A stretch of 63,677 nucleotides of DNA, counting the filler, from Stramenopiles sp. TOSAG23-3 (taxonomy: Eukaryota): NCBI GenBank assembly GCA_900128585.1. It is 5 parts of 5 records of this genome, joined end to end, with 100 filler letters (N's around TTAATTAATTAA, not from the genome) between each part and the next. Parts side by side here need not be neighbours in the genome. Positions count along the whole stretch, not along the records: positions 51,041 to 63,677 come from LT642673.1; 4 more parts are not named here. The stretch is one strand, 5' to 3'. The translations under genes were made by a program, and so were the position numbers. Below the pieces are notes generated by a model that saw only the letters and a program-made list of their open reading frames with translations, did no database searches and was not told the origin of the DNA. Shown piece by piece: positions 51,043 to 62,959 of the stretch. Each line of letters starts with the position of its first letter. The stretch's first letter is position 1.

Positions 51043-54000
51043 GGGGGGGGGGGGGGGGGCCATGACCCGGGGCGACTGCTGGGCGGAGGGATGATAGAAT
51101 TCGACGGGGGGGCAAGCCGGCCGCTTGTCGAATGGGCAGAGGGGAACGGCGTGGCCAAGGGTAGCGATGGCCACCACCACGATCACAAAACGAGCAACGC
51201 GTACGGGGCAGAACATTCGGTGTTCCAGACGGTGGCCGCGGCCCCGCTGACAAATACCCTGATCGGCCGGGTCGTTGCTTACGATGTAGTCAAGTTTATG
51301 CCCCACACCAAGGACGAGGCGTGGAAGCGTGTCCTCGATGCTGTCAACGTAGACTTGACGCGCGCAGACCACACCGACCACACGATCGCCGCCCTGAACG
51401 TTCTGAACGCCATCCCAGGGAGCATGCTCCTGCAGTTTGTAACCACGCTGGACGTTGAGAGTCGGTTCCTTAGCGCCTTGGAGCATGAAACTTGCAAAAC
51501 GTTGCGGAGTACTGCGGTGGGGGCGCTCGGGGACATGTTTCTTCGAACGATTGCAAAGTTGCAGCAAGTGGACTACGGGGATGGCCTCAAGTCGCACGGG
51601 TACGATTCCATTGCTCAGCAGCGTCGGCAGAGACAGGCGACGTTCGATAGGGCCCTCCTTGTGTGGAAACGCATCGCAAAATGCGCAGAAGACGTGGAAG
51701 ATAGCGTCTCCGTAGCATCGTTCCGTGCCGTGCACCGTTTGCTTCGAGAAGGGCACACGGCGTCCATTATGTCTATCGACGTCGCCCTTGGCATGGCCCC
51801 CTCTGCAGTGGAGGAGGAGTGGCGGCGTGAGACTGGCGGCAGGGGGGATGAGAATGCGCCAGGCCTCGATGCCCCGCATTCGGTCTTGTTTGAGTTTCAC
51901 AGAAGGTTCGCAAACGCGATTGGGTCAAGGTTTCATCTCCTGGTCGCGAGAATGCGTTGCTTGCCCCCTCCAGAAGCTGGGCCGGCGGCAGACGCGATTT
52001 CGTATCTCTTGTGCTTTCTGCTAAAGACGGGGGTCCGCGTTCGCATTGATGAGCCTCCACGGTACGAGTCCCCGGTCGATTGGGCAATATCATTCGTCGA
52101 TACCATTTTAATGAACATGTTGGAGCTGGCAACGCTGCCGGGAGTTGCACTGACGGCCGCAGAGTGCATTTGGAGACTTGCGGGGGGAGACTACCACGGG
52201 AACGACGGCGGGAACGGAACGCGCAGCAACCTGTTGCGGCTGTGCAGCCCCCGGTGGTTTCCCCACGTCTTGGCCGCGCTACTTCGCATTTTCCGCCAAG
52301 ACGTTGGGTACCCGTTCTACAGAAACAAAAGTGATCAACGGTGGCTGAGAAACTCTAGACTGCCTAACACGGGCCGCATGGTCGAGCTAATCATGCCTTG
52401 CCTTCCCTGGATCCCCCGCCTGGACCTGTACCGAACCATCCCGTCGGTGTTACGTGCCATCTGTGGAATCGCCGATGCCTCGACGCGGATGTCGTACTTT
52501 CAGCATACGGCAAATTTGGTCCTGGTCAAGGTGTTGAATGAGGAGGGGGAGGACCTCAACCTTGAAGGTGACGGTGTAGGACTTCGAATGAAAAAAGCTT
52601 TGCTTGGAGTGTTTGAAGACGACGAGTGGGTGTCTTGGCTGATGAACATTGCAAACCAGAGCCAACGCAGCGCCCCCTCGCCGAGCGAACCGTACCACCA
52701 CGGCGTCCGACCGCTGTCCGACCCCTTTCGGTGCCGGGCGGAGATCATTATAACGTTCATGTTGTCCTGGTCTAGAAAGTTCAATGTTCATCCCTCAACA
52801 CCCGTGGGCAACGCGGACACGGGGAGTGCGCCCGAGGCAAACCCGTTCCGCGATGCCGTTGCAATTGCTTATCAAATGCTATGGTACTTCAAGCGCGCCC
52901 TCCTCTGGCCGAACCGGGCAGGGAAGTCCTCTGCTGTTGGGGCGTGTGAGCAGGGGTCTGCCGTCGCCCACCTGTACTGTGACATCGTTGAAGCTGTTTG
53001 TTTTGGCGCGGAAGAGGGAAACGCCCCTGCGAAGAACGGGGAAAATATCGACGCCGTGATTACTCTGTTGCTGGAGAATGTAAGCGCAGCGCCCGCCCCG
53101 TCCGTCCGCATCCGAATCCTTTTGATTCTCTGCCGGTACTGGGACGGGATGGAGCCGGATTCCAGCGGCAACGATCCGCTGGGCGGTCCCGACCAGCGAC
53201 GGGGTTTACTCATAGACGCCTTGTCGTTTGAAGTGGAGGCGCTGTTTTTGGCAATGAAAGAGGAAGACGTGGATGCCGATGTGCCGCTGAACTCTTCGGA
53301 AGTTTCCATCAACGCGGGCGGCGGAGGGCCCCGCCCAGCTTCGGGGGACGTCGTGCTAGAGCGGGCGACCGTACTCCTTGGGCCACTAGGGTCGTTTTTG
53401 GGGCATAGCAAGGATGCAATTGCTGTGGTGGGGGTGAAAGAAAGGGTGTACAAAACCGTGATTGGCTTGGGCAGAGATTTTGTGAAGCGTGGGGGGGGCG
53501 GGCAACTTCTGCGAGCGATGGTTAATGATCTTTTGGCCGTGGACAAGACGGCGCCGGCCCTCCTCCCGGCCGTCACCACCACGGTAGCCGGCAGTGGGCA
53601 ACTAATGTTCACCGACGACTCGACATTTCCCGATACCATTGGAGGCCCAAGCTTTGAGTACTTTTCCGCGCTGCAAGCGCACATCTTTTGCCCAGCCGAC
53701 GTGGGCCAGGGGCCAGGGCGAGGAATCGACAGTGACCACGACAACAGAAACGCGCTGCTGGCCGTAAGTCGTCGAAGCGTCTTCTTCACAGATCGCCTAT
53801 GGCTCCAGCACGATCGTAACTCGTTTCTCTCCCCGGCGCCGTTCCGTGTGCTCAGCGGGGGCAGCGACCCCATAATGGTCAAGGTGAGGCACCGATTCTT
53901 TCCCCTGAGCGGTCATGTGGAGATCACCACTCAGCTTATTAGTATGATGAATTTTCCCTGCGAGGGACCAGTCCGCCTGCACCTGAGCATATCGTCCGCT

Positions 54001-55377
54001 GCGGATTCCCTTGTCGAACCAACGGCGATGGGCCTGGAACACACTTTCACGGGACTGTTTAAGCCACTTTGCGTCATGCAGTTCAACACGTTGGTCTCCG
54101 TGAAGCGCTTTGGCCCCTTTCAAGTCATGCCCCATGTGTTTATAGAAAACGTGCGTGCCGCTGCAACGGGGGCCGACCAGGGCCCATCAAAAGGTGGGTC
54201 AACGGGCGCGGCGGGGGAAGGCCAGCAGGGCGGGGCGCCGTCCGCGTCCGCTGCTGGGGCGAGCGAGTCGTCCCCGGAACCGACGGCGCAAAGCCATGAT
54301 GGAGCGGTAGGCACGGGCGGTACGGCAACGAGGGGGGGGGTCCCGCGGCAGTCCGGGATGACGTCACCCTTGGCGACCAGCCCATCCTCGTTTCAAGGGG
54401 GAAGTGGCACGGAGCTGACCCTGCCAAAAGCGACAGCGTTGGAGAATGAAGGGGGGTGCTGGGAGGATGACAGCAGCGACGATGAGGAGGGGGACAGTGA
54501 GCGTGTCGTTTGCTTGCGCTGCACAGTCTACAACGTGTCTGCCATCGAAACGGTTTTGCGCGGCCCGACGTGGTTGCGAGATTGCCCGAATGCGTTCTCG
54601 AGGCTGTGGAACTGCATGGGGCAATCGTTCCTCGCGACTGCCACTGCACCGTTCGACAAGACCCGCGCCGCGTCCCCAAAAGAGTTGATCGGTCTCGCGG
54701 CGTCCCTCTGCCGTAGTTCCTTCCGGTTTGTTGGGTTCACGCCGGTGGCGCACGGGGTGGCGAGCGGTGGGTTTGTCGGGAAAACGGCGGGGGAGCACTG
54801 GCTGGCTTTCACGATCGTTGTGATCCATCGGGACAGTGCAGGAACCGGCAATACCGGCGCGAGCACGAACAAAGGGGCTGAACGGCTGGTGAATGGCGAC
54901 GATGATACGTGCTACACGAGCCGTGAAATGTCGTACATCAACGCGCACCGAACGTATGGAAAGCGACCGGGCGGTGCGATGGGCGACGAGGCGTGGTCTG
55001 CGCAATTTGAGTTTCGAAGCGACAGTGCACGGTTGTTGACGGACTTGCACGAGGCGGAGAATTTTGTTGATTTCTTCCACAGCCTGACCCATGGCCTTTT
55101 CTCGCTCTCGGTCGGAAACCCCTCCGTTGGATCGGGGAAAGATGGGTTTGTCTACGATTTCGATGGTGGCGGTTTGGAAAGGAATAAGGTCGGGGGTGCC
55201 CCCCGGTTGCCGGAGCAGTGGCAGCGGAGTGAGTCAATCTTTCACTTTAATGAACTGTCGTCTGCAACCATGTCCTCCCCGAGCAGTGACACGCACCATA
55301 AAGATTCCACCGCTTACGCGGTGGAAGAGTACCTCAAGATGGTTTCAGAAGAGGGCAGTGGAGAGACGAAGCCTTGA
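51043..55377 (+). CDS. TPLATE: TPLATE (beta-adaptin-like large subunit of the TSET/TPLATE complex), probably 5'-truncated
   Basis: VAYDVVK..WKRVLDAVNVDL..AALNVLNAIP..LRSTAVGALG..WKRIAKCAEDVEDSVSVASFRAVHRL parallels the plant TPLATE trunk as I recall it. The appendage start LSGGSDPIMVKVRH matches LTGSSDPCYIEAYH. Frame is open from the gap edge. Confidence 0.78.
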   Translation, partial: GGGGGGHDPGRLLGGGMIEFDGGASRPLVEWAEGNGVAKGSDGHHHDHKTSNAYGAEHSVFQTVAAAPLTNTLIGRVVAYDVVKFMPHTKDEAWKRVLDAVNVDLTRADHTDHTIAALNVLNAIPGSMLLQFVTTLDVESRFLSALEHETCKTLRSTAVGALGDMFLRTIAKLQQVDYGDGLKSHGYDSIAQQRRQRQATFDRALLVWKRIAKCAEDVEDSVSVASFRAVHRLLREGHTASIMSIDVALGMAPSAVEEEWRRETGGRGDENAPGLDAPHSVLFEFHRRFANAIGSRFHLLVARMRCLPPPEAGPAADAISYLLCFLLKTGVRVRIDEPPRYESPVDWAISFVDTILMNMLELATLPGVALTAAECIWRLAGGDYHGNDGGNGTRSNLLRLCSPRWFPHVLAALLRIFRQDVGYPFYRNKSDQRWLRNSRLPNTGRMVELIMPCLPWIPRLDLYRTIPSVLRAICGIADASTRMSYFQHTANLVLVKVLNEEGEDLNLEGDGVGLRMKKALLGVFEDDEWVSWLMNIANQSQRSAPSPSEPYHHGVRPLSDPFRCRAEIIITFMLSWSRKFNVHPSTPVGNADTGSAPEANPFRDAVAIAYQMLWYFKRALLWPNRAGKSSAVGACEQGSAVAHLYCDIVEAVCFGAEEGNAPAKNGENIDAVITLLLENVSAAPAPSVRIRILLILCRYWDGMEPDSSGNDPLGGPDQRRGLLIDALSFEVEALFLAMKEEDVDADVPLNSSEVSINAGGGGPRPASGDVVLERATVLLGPLGSFLGHSKDAIAVVGVKERVYKTVIGLGRDFVKRGGGGQLLRAMVNDLLAVDKTAPALLPAVTTTVAGSGQLMFTDDSTFPDTIGGPSFEYFSALQAHIFCPADVGQGPGRGIDSDHDNRNALLAVSRRSVFFTDRLWLQHDRNSFLSPAPFRVLSGGSDPIMVKVRHRFFPLSGHVEITTQLISMMNFPCEGPVRLHLSISSAADSLVEPTAMGLEHTFTGLFKPLCVMQFNTLVSVKRFGPFQVMPHVFIENVRAAATGADQGPSKGGSTGAAGEGQQGGAPSASAAGASESSPEPTAQSHDGAVGTGGTATRGGVPRQSGMTSPLATSPSSFQGGSGTELTLPKATALENEGGCWEDDSSDDEEGDSERVVCLRCTVYNVSAIETVLRGPTWLRDCPNAFSRLWNCMGQSFLATATAPFDKTRAASPKELIGLAASLCRSSFRFVGFTPVAHGVASGGFVGKTAGEHWLAFTIVVIHRDSAGTGNTGASTNKGAERLVNGDDDTCYTSREMSYINAHRTYGKRPGGAMGDEAWSAQFEFRSDSARLLTDLHEAENFVDFFHSLTHGLFSLSVGNPSVGSGKDGFVYDFDGGGLERNKVGGAPRLPEQWQRSESIFHFNELSSATMSSPSSDTHHKDSTAYAVEEYLKMVSEEGSGETKP

Positions 55378-55836
55378 GAACTCGTATGGAAAATGATTTT
55401 ATAATTTTAATATTATAAAAAGAGTAATTTACGAAATCGTATCATATGCGCTTATTTAAACCGAGGTGTAAATTATGTTTTCATAAAATTCGTGCGATGA
55501 CGGAGTGTTTGTGCGCGTATAATCTAAATATAGAGGGTGCACAGTGTTTTACATTGAACGAGGTCTCGTCACTGTACTGCGAAAAGATGTTTTCAGCTGT
55601 CTCCAATTTTTATTTTTAGTAACTGTTAGAGAAAATATTTACGCGTAAGACGATGCCCTCCTACCACGTAGAGCAACTCCAAGAGGAGAGGTTCTAATTT
55701 TAAAGGGGAAAGAAATAATTTATCTTGTAATTGTGTATTTAAAAAATGTGTGCGTAAGCTCGTTCTTCTTTTCAAACGCTCTGGCTCCATGGCACTGTGG
55801 TCTACTGTCCGTGTTTCTTCCGTGACATCTCATCCT

Positions 55837-56109
55837 TTAAATTCCCCTGTTGGTCTGAAACCCAGACGGCTTGCCCATCTTCATACCAGTAACGCGGCTC
55901 CCAAAGCTTGGGCTAAAGGTGCTGACACGCGCGTACGGCGTCTTTGGCGACGTGGTCCGTACAACTTGCGTTTGTGCCGTCTTTGCAACATGGTTCCCTG
56001 AAAGTCCCAAGGAATTCTTACTCACTAACATTCTCCCTTTGTTGGTCTGTTTGTACGCGCTTGGTACAGTCCGGATAAGGTTTTGCCCGGCTCTCATTGC
56101 AAACGCCAT
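55837..56109 (-). CDS. Possible small basic protein (90 aa) resembling a mitochondrial presequence
   Basis: ATG-initiated ORF on a GC-elevated island within AT-rich DNA; contains no D or E residues. Confidence 0.3.
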   Translation of the reverse strand: MAFAMRAGQNLIRTVPSAYKQTNKGRMLVSKNSLGLSGNHVAKTAQTQVVRTTSPKTPYARVSTFSPSFGSRVTGMKMGKPSGFQTNRGI

Positions 56110-56649
56110 CGCTATTATATGTATATATTATACTGAAAGTACTCGTGCCTGGTCGGTCGGTGGTGCCTGGATGGATGGAGTGGTCCAAAAAAAAAGATAA
56201 TGAACGTCTCTCTCTCTGTATGTGTCTGTCTGTCTCTCTCCTGTGTATGACTCACAAAAACGAACAAAACTTATGCAATGAAAAACAACAAAAACATTTT
56301 TTCATGATTCAATTTCTTTCACAACAACCCATTCATTCTCTTTCTTTCTTTTCTTTCTTCAGGATTTAAAAAGCTTCTTCTTCTTCTTTGCTTTTAATAA
56401 TATTAAATATTTTGGAAGAAAAGAAGAAATTATTATTTCATTTTTGGATTCCTTAAGGCAATCATTCCTTCATTTGGATTTATTTAATGATACTATGGAA
56501 TGATTACTCAGCAATTCGTTGATTCTTAATAGAAAAACATCTAATTTAAAATACAAAGAAAATGTAGTTCTTCTTTTCATAAATTATATTCTAAACAATC
56601 CTTAATAATCAACAACAAACGAGTCGCGTCCGTCCGTTCATGGTTTGTC

Positions 56650-57042
56650 AATGCTGTGATACTGTTAAACTGAATAATCAAATGCTGTATCCATACTACA
56701 AATGAAACCAAATGCTGTGATAGTGTTATCATTGATATTTTAATGCTGTATCGATCCTATAAATATTTTATCAATGCTGTGATATTGCTGTTGTGAATAA
56801 TATGATGCCGTATCAATGCTGTGATAGTGTTGTTGTGGAATATATAATGCTGTATGAGTGTTGTGAATAATTCATCTATGCTGTGATAGTGTTGTTGTGG
56901 AATATATAATGCTGTATCACTGCTGTGAATGATTTATCAATGCTGTGATAGTGTTGTTGTGGAATATATAATGCTGTATCAATGCTGTGAATAATTTATC
57001 AATGCTGTGATAGTGTTGTTGTGGAATATATAATGCTGTATC
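56650..57042. repeat. Minisatellite with ~62-bp unit, about 6.5 copies, degenerate on the left
   Basis: ATGCTGTGATA starts at 56651, 56712, 56774, 56816, 56878, 56940 and 57002. Consensus AATGCTGTGATAGTGTTGTTGTGGAATATATAATGCTGTATCAATGCTGTGAATAATTTATC. Confidence 0.92.
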
Positions 57043-57552
57043 CCTGTATTGATTTGAAGGGTTTGATTTCAAGACGAATTCATAGTTAATTGATTCGTAT
57101 GAAAAAGACAGGCAAAAAACAAGGATTTAAAGATGTCCCAATATAATTGTTAACAACACAAATATTGCTAAGCTATTTCATTAAATAGTATAATTTTGCC
57201 TTACTCTATAATCTAAGTACAAATATCTCTGTCGTAAAACGCCTGGGATAATAGATGCGTTACGTTTTTCTCATATTTTAATGCTATTTCTATGTTAATA
57301 CAATTGGTGGTGGTGGTATATGAATTCTTCTTTGTTGCAATATAATAATCTCATCACCACCGTGAAAAAAATAATATTGAATGGAAAGTGCAAAGTGCAT
57401 GGATAGGAAAGATAGACGCAAAAGAAAAAGGAACGTCCCTTCCGACATTCCCAGGTTTCATTTCATTAAACCATACGCAAGTGTACAATCGCTGATTGAA
57501 GAACAAGAAGAACAACAAGAGGCAGAGGAAGAGGAAGAAAAGACCATATACG

Positions 57553-58698
57553 ATGAATTCCATCGCAGGGGTTGCGTCAATGACGGTTGCGATGAAGAAG
57601 CAGGAAGTGGAGGCGTTTGAAAAGCTAAAGAACAAAGTAAAACAAAAGGCCCAACTCGTGGATTGCCACGATAAAGGAAGGCTTGCAAAGGTGAAGAACT
57701 TGGAGGACGCGTTTGCCATGTTTGGGTTTTTCAAAGGGGACCGCGTTAGACTGCGCGACCGAGTCGTTATTTACAACCGAGTAGTAGACGCCATGGAGGC
57801 CAAGCTGTCCGAGCTTCGTTCCCAGAACGCGCACATGGCGGCGAAGGAGCAGCACGAGCGCTTGAACCTTATCAAGAGGGAGTATGAGAAGGTCTTTCGG
57901 GACGACGAGCGGCTGCGGGGGCAAGACGAAATGAAGAACTTGGACAAGGCGTTAGGCATCGAAATAGAACGGCACGAAAAGCGTGCGAAAAAACTAAGAA
58001 TAGGGTTGGAGGAGAAGAAGATGCGGAAGCGGAAAGAGCTAGAGGAGCTCCACACGGCGCAGACACTAGATTTGGAGCACAGGATCAAGCGCATGCCCCG
58101 CCCACGGTTTCGAATGAGCACTAGGATGCTCAACATGACCATCGGCGAGAAGCATTTGGCAAAGCTCGGGGAGTACAAGCCCGCCCAGGACCTGAGAAAC
58201 ATGATCTTGAAGCTGCAGCCGAGAGAGCAGGCCCAATTTCGACGTGAGTACGAGCAGAAACTGGAGCGGATGCGGGAAAAGCTGAAGAAGGAACAGCAGT
58301 TCGACCGGGAACGGCTGAGGGAAGCGCTGGACCGTATCGAGTGGGCGGGGACGCGGACGGCGAACAAGGCGGAGGAGACCGTCCGGCAGCGACTGAAGAA
58401 CAACACCAACGACATGCATCATGCGCACACCCTTCAGATGCACCACAAGCCCCAGAAAACAGCAAAACCAACCATCGAGAAGCGCCTCAACCATTCAACA
58501 ACGAGCAGTTACTTTCGTGGACAGCAGATGTTGGCACGGTTGGTCGGGAAGAAAGAGCACGCCATACCCAGCCTGTGCAGCTTGCACGATTTTAAAGACG
58601 AGCCCATGGGCACCGTCCAATACTACCATTCCAAGAAAAGCGCATTTGGCGGCGAAGAAACCAAACAAGCAAGTGCTGAAAGAACTAGCAAAAAGTAA
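57553..58698 (+). CDS. Coiled-coil protein of unknown function
   Basis: ATG at 57553; long K/E/R-rich heptad helices; GC-rich coding pattern. Confidence 0.75.
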   Translation: MNSIAGVASMTVAMKKQEVEAFEKLKNKVKQKAQLVDCHDKGRLAKVKNLEDAFAMFGFFKGDRVRLRDRVVIYNRVVDAMEAKLSELRSQNAHMAAKEQHERLNLIKREYEKVFRDDERLRGQDEMKNLDKALGIEIERHEKRAKKLRIGLEEKKMRKRKELEELHTAQTLDLEHRIKRMPRPRFRMSTRMLNMTIGEKHLAKLGEYKPAQDLRNMILKLQPREQAQFRREYEQKLERMREKLKKEQQFDRERLREALDRIEWAGTRTANKAEETVRQRLKNNTNDMHHAHTLQMHHKPQKTAKPTIEKRLNHSTTSSYFRGQQMLARLVGKKEHAIPSLCSLHDFKDEPMGTVQYYHSKKSAFGGEETKQASAERTSKK

Positions 58699-59560
58699 GA
58701 GAGTACCTGCGTGAACAATGAGTGTAAACGTTGATTATGCGTAAGATGTACCGTTTATTAAACTTGTCGGGCGGCAAGCAAAAAGTAAAAATTATGATGT
58801 TGGTGGAAGAAGATTATTGATTTATTAAAAAAGTTAAAAAAATGGAATACTCTATTTAATACCACCTTTACGGAAGAAGAAGGGAAAAAAAGAAGTGGAG
58901 GATTATTCTTCTTCTTGCTTCGATCATCTTTCTTTCTTCTTTTTTTCTTCGTCGCTAAAACTTAAAATATAAATAATTATAAAATACTTAAATATTATTA
59001 GTTCATCCGTTACTTGTTTCTTATTACATAATAATAGCATGTAATAATATTTTTATTTTCCTAAATATTATTTAATTTAGTATTTTAATTATAGGTATTT
59101 AATAGTCTATCCTATGATGATGAAGAAGAAGAAAGAAGAAGGGAAAGAAAAAAAATAAGTTAAAGAAAAAAAAAGAAACACAAGCAGAGAAAAAGAAAGG
59201 TTGAAACAAAGGCAGAGGAGATATATGTGTTTGGTTCACATGTAGATAAACCAAGATAACCAAACTATTTGATGCAATAATTCTGATAAGATTCAACTAC
59301 ATTCATATATCAACGAGAACATATATATTCCCATAGACGATTGGATCTCCCTTTCTTTGGTTGACGTTGACATTTAGTTTGTGGCACAGACAGGGTGGTG
59401 GGGTTGTCTTCTTTGCAGCAAGAGAATATATTAACAACGCCATTTAATACTATATATATTGCAACGTACGAGGCGTGCAACGGTTGGTCCGCCACGTGAA
59501 TATCAGTGAGCGCTTGTTTGTAGGGTTGGTTTTGAGGTTGTGAACTAACTCTTTCCTGCC

Positions 59561-61342
59561 ATGTCACGCTTTAGAAAAATGTCGTTTCGTGACCAGCCGG
59601 CCGTGCTTTCCTTTGGTGCCAAACGGCGCGAAAAGGCCTACGCTGAGGAAGCAGCGAAGGAACGACAACGCAAGTTTCTTCAAGAGAGGGATGCGAAGCT
59701 GGAAGCCATCAAAGAAACGACTCGGAAACGAAAGGAGGACAGGAACAACAGATTGGAAATAGAAACCCAAGAGGAGGCAGAGGACGTGTCGATCTCACGG
59801 TCCCTTAAGGACATGTTTATACTGAAGCAGCCAACGGTTGCCTACAATGCCAAGTGGTCTAACAAAGACTCGAAGCGGTGGAAACGGGGGGCAGAGCAGG
59901 ACATCGTTAATACGATGAAAATGTTTGCAAACGCTTCGGCGGAGGAAAAGAGGGCCATAATACTTGAAAATGAGAGGGTAAGGGCCGCCCAAAAGGAGGA
60001 AGAGGAAGAGGAGAAAGAGGCAGCGGAAGAGAAAGCGGCGTTCCCATTGATGAGCAACCGGGTGGACGACGACATAAAGCGAAGCAACGACAAAATGATG
60101 ACCCTCTCCGCGATGGCATCGTCAGCGCCGAATGGCGCAGATAGCAGTGGCGGGGAGGGCGAAGGATCGGCGACCGCGCCAAAACGGAGTAGAAGACGCC
60201 AGAGTATCAGCTTTGGGAAAGTCTACGAGGCATTACACATGTTTTCAAGCAACGGGAACCACAATTTGACCAGCCTTATTCCTGGTGAAAAAGTAGTGCT
60301 CTTGAAGCAAGGGCATCGAGGATGGTGGCTCATTGGCAAGTTGGTGAGCCCTTCTGACCAAGGGTACGTTCCCTCCTCGTACTTGGAGTCGTGCCAAGCG
60401 GCGGAGTACATGCTTGAATACTTTGACATGGCAATCTATGGCGTAAAAACGATAGAGGAAAAGAACGCTGAGGCAAAAGCGGAGGAGGAGGCGAAAGCAA
60501 AGGCAAAAGCGGAGGAGGAGGCCAAAGCAAAGGCAAGGGCGATGGAAGAAGAAAAGGCAAGGGCGGCGGAAGAAGTAGAGCGGGAAAAAGCAAGGAGAGC
60601 GGCGGAAGAAGAAGAACGGGAAAAAGTGAAGATTGCCGCGGAAGCAAAGGCAAGGGCAAGGGCGGAAGAAGAAGCTGCGAAAGCAAAGGCGAAAGAAGAA
60701 GCTGCGATAGCAAAGGCGAAAGAAGAAGCTGCGATAGCAAAGGCGAAAGAAGAGGAGGCGAAAGCGGCCATGGTGCGGAGCAGACGGTTATCGCCAATGT
60801 ACAACGAGCTAATGCTGTACCAGCACGTGGACGGGGATCAGAACGATGGCAGGCTTTCGGCGGCATCACTGGAGGACGATGACGCGATGAAGGAGAAAAA
60901 AATTCGGGACGCGATGAACACCCCGGCCGTTTTGAGAGAATACTCGGAGGCCTTTTTTGACATGGTAGACCAGGACGGCGATGGGACGATTTCCATGCTC
61001 GAGTTCGTGAAGATTGTAAACACGAAGCGCAAGCAATTCTTGGCCCACCACTCGGACAACGTCCTGGACTACTTTCGAAAGATCGACGTGGACAAATCCG
61101 GGGAAATAGATTCGGAGGAGTTAATAGAACACCTCCAAAAGACCGAGGATTACGACATGTTCAGGATCATTGTTGAATTGGTCAATAGCAAAAACCAAAA
61201 ACGCTCCTCCTTTGCTCACTTGGAGTGGATGGACAAGGCCAAGCGAAAACTGTCTGCTGCTGCCGTCGCGAATGGGGTACAGCAGCAGCCCCCGCCCCCA
61301 CCCCCGATGGCGCCTAGAAACACCAGCAAGAAAGCGCAGCCC

Positions 61343-61374
<32 letters not shown>

Positions 61375-62935
61375 TGTCGAGGACAACGTCAATAGCACCA
61401 ACGCCGACGATTACCCCCTCCCGCCTCCGCGGGTGAGAAAGTTTACAGAGGACGGAATAGAGCGCCCTATTCCCAAGTCTCCTCCCCCGAAGAGAGCGAC
61501 CCCCCCACCGCTGCCACCGGCGGCAACAGAGGCCGTCGCTGCGCCGGCGCCGCCGAAAGACCCGCCACCACCTGTGCAAGACCCGGCTTCCCCCACCGCG
61601 CCACCACCGCCGCCGTCGGTGCCGCCGCCGAGCGACCCTAGGATCGCACTGGCGAACCGTCTTAAGAAAATGGCCGAGTCGCCGCTTGGAGCAAGGCTTG
61701 GCCACGAAACGAGAGAAACCTTGGAACTTCATGCCCGACAGCAGCTGTGGAGGGAGGAGCTTTCCCGGACCCTTGGGGGCGTTCCTGAGATGCAAGTTGT
61801 CGTGTCGCCCCTTGCCCGCGTCGCTGTGGGCAGGAGGGAGGGAGGGAGAGCCGGAAAGTCCGGGCCACTGCGATGGCGGGGGGCGAAAATTCCGCCGTAC
61901 GACCCTACGGTACAGTCGGGGTCGAGCCTACCGTTGCCCAAACCGAAGCCACGCAGAGCACGGAGCCGCTCTCCCCCGCGCCGAAGATTCATTTTCCAAG
62001 AAACCAGCCCCAAGAGCATCTTGGTGGGCGAGGGCGGGCCAAGCGCACAGGAGGGCATCGCAGAAGCGGATAATTCGGACACCGAGGACGACGTGGCGGA
62101 CGACGTCACGGTGAAGGCGAGGGCGCCGTCGCCGAGGATCACGGGAACCCTGTACGGCCCTGGCACGGGTGATATGGGGCGGTACAAATGGAAAGAGCGG
62201 ACGACGCACGCGGTGCTGAACTACGTAAACCCCAAGTCGGCGAAGCCTGCCCCTCCCCCGCCCAGCAAGGAGTCGGGCAAGACGGTGGATCCGGCTGAAA
62301 AGGTCATGCGCACTCTTGGGGGGCGCACGATTCGGCCGAAGAGGCGGCGCAAACAAAAGAAGAAGAAAATGACGGAAAAGGAAAGGCTTCGCTTGGAGTG
62401 GGAACAGAACCGGCCAAAGTCATCGCTGGAACTGTACCGGCGCGTGTACGGCAACAAGGCCGGCGTCACAGTGCACAAGGGCGTGGGCGTGCAGCCGGCG
62501 CCTGTCCGCGCCGCGGCATCAAAGAAGGCGGTGGAAAAGAATAAAGGGGAGCGTGGAAAGTTTTACGTCCCCCCGTACGCCACGGACTACGAGCTGCTGT
62601 TCCGTTCGTTGAACCAGGCGGTCCGCTATGGGGAAATGTCGCTGAGCGACTCGCTCAGCACCACGAAGCTGCTTATGGCAAAGGACGAGACTACCTTGGG
62701 GGCCCTGGGACTGGGATTGACGCCCAAGGACTGCGAGTTTAGCGAAGACCTCGCCGCCGCGAAGGATGGCGGCAACGACCTATGGAGCAACATCGAAGAC
62801 GAAAAGATTGCCAAGGTTCGTCAGAAGCATCGGCGGCAGACGGCGCTGGAGAGTAACGAGCGGCGAATGAGCATGTTCATCAGCGAGAACCGCGACGTGG
62901 TCAACGATCTCATGAGCAAGACTATAGTCGAGTGA
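59561..62935 (+). CDS. SH3 + E/A/K-rich charged helix + EF-hand pair + proline-rich protein (adaptor/cytoskeletal)
   Basis: SH3 ALHMF..LTSLIPGEKVVLL..GWWLIG..QGYVPSSYLE; EF loops DQDGDGTISMLE and DVDKSGEIDSEE; poly-Pro tracts; AKAKEEAA repeats. Confidence 0.85.
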
Positions 62936-62959
62936 TACCCCCCTTGTAAGTAAAGTTTT

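Noticed and set aside
56650-57042. CRISPR array
   Set aside because: Inter-repeat segments are related to each other rather than unique spacers, there are no cas genes, and the context is eukaryotic.
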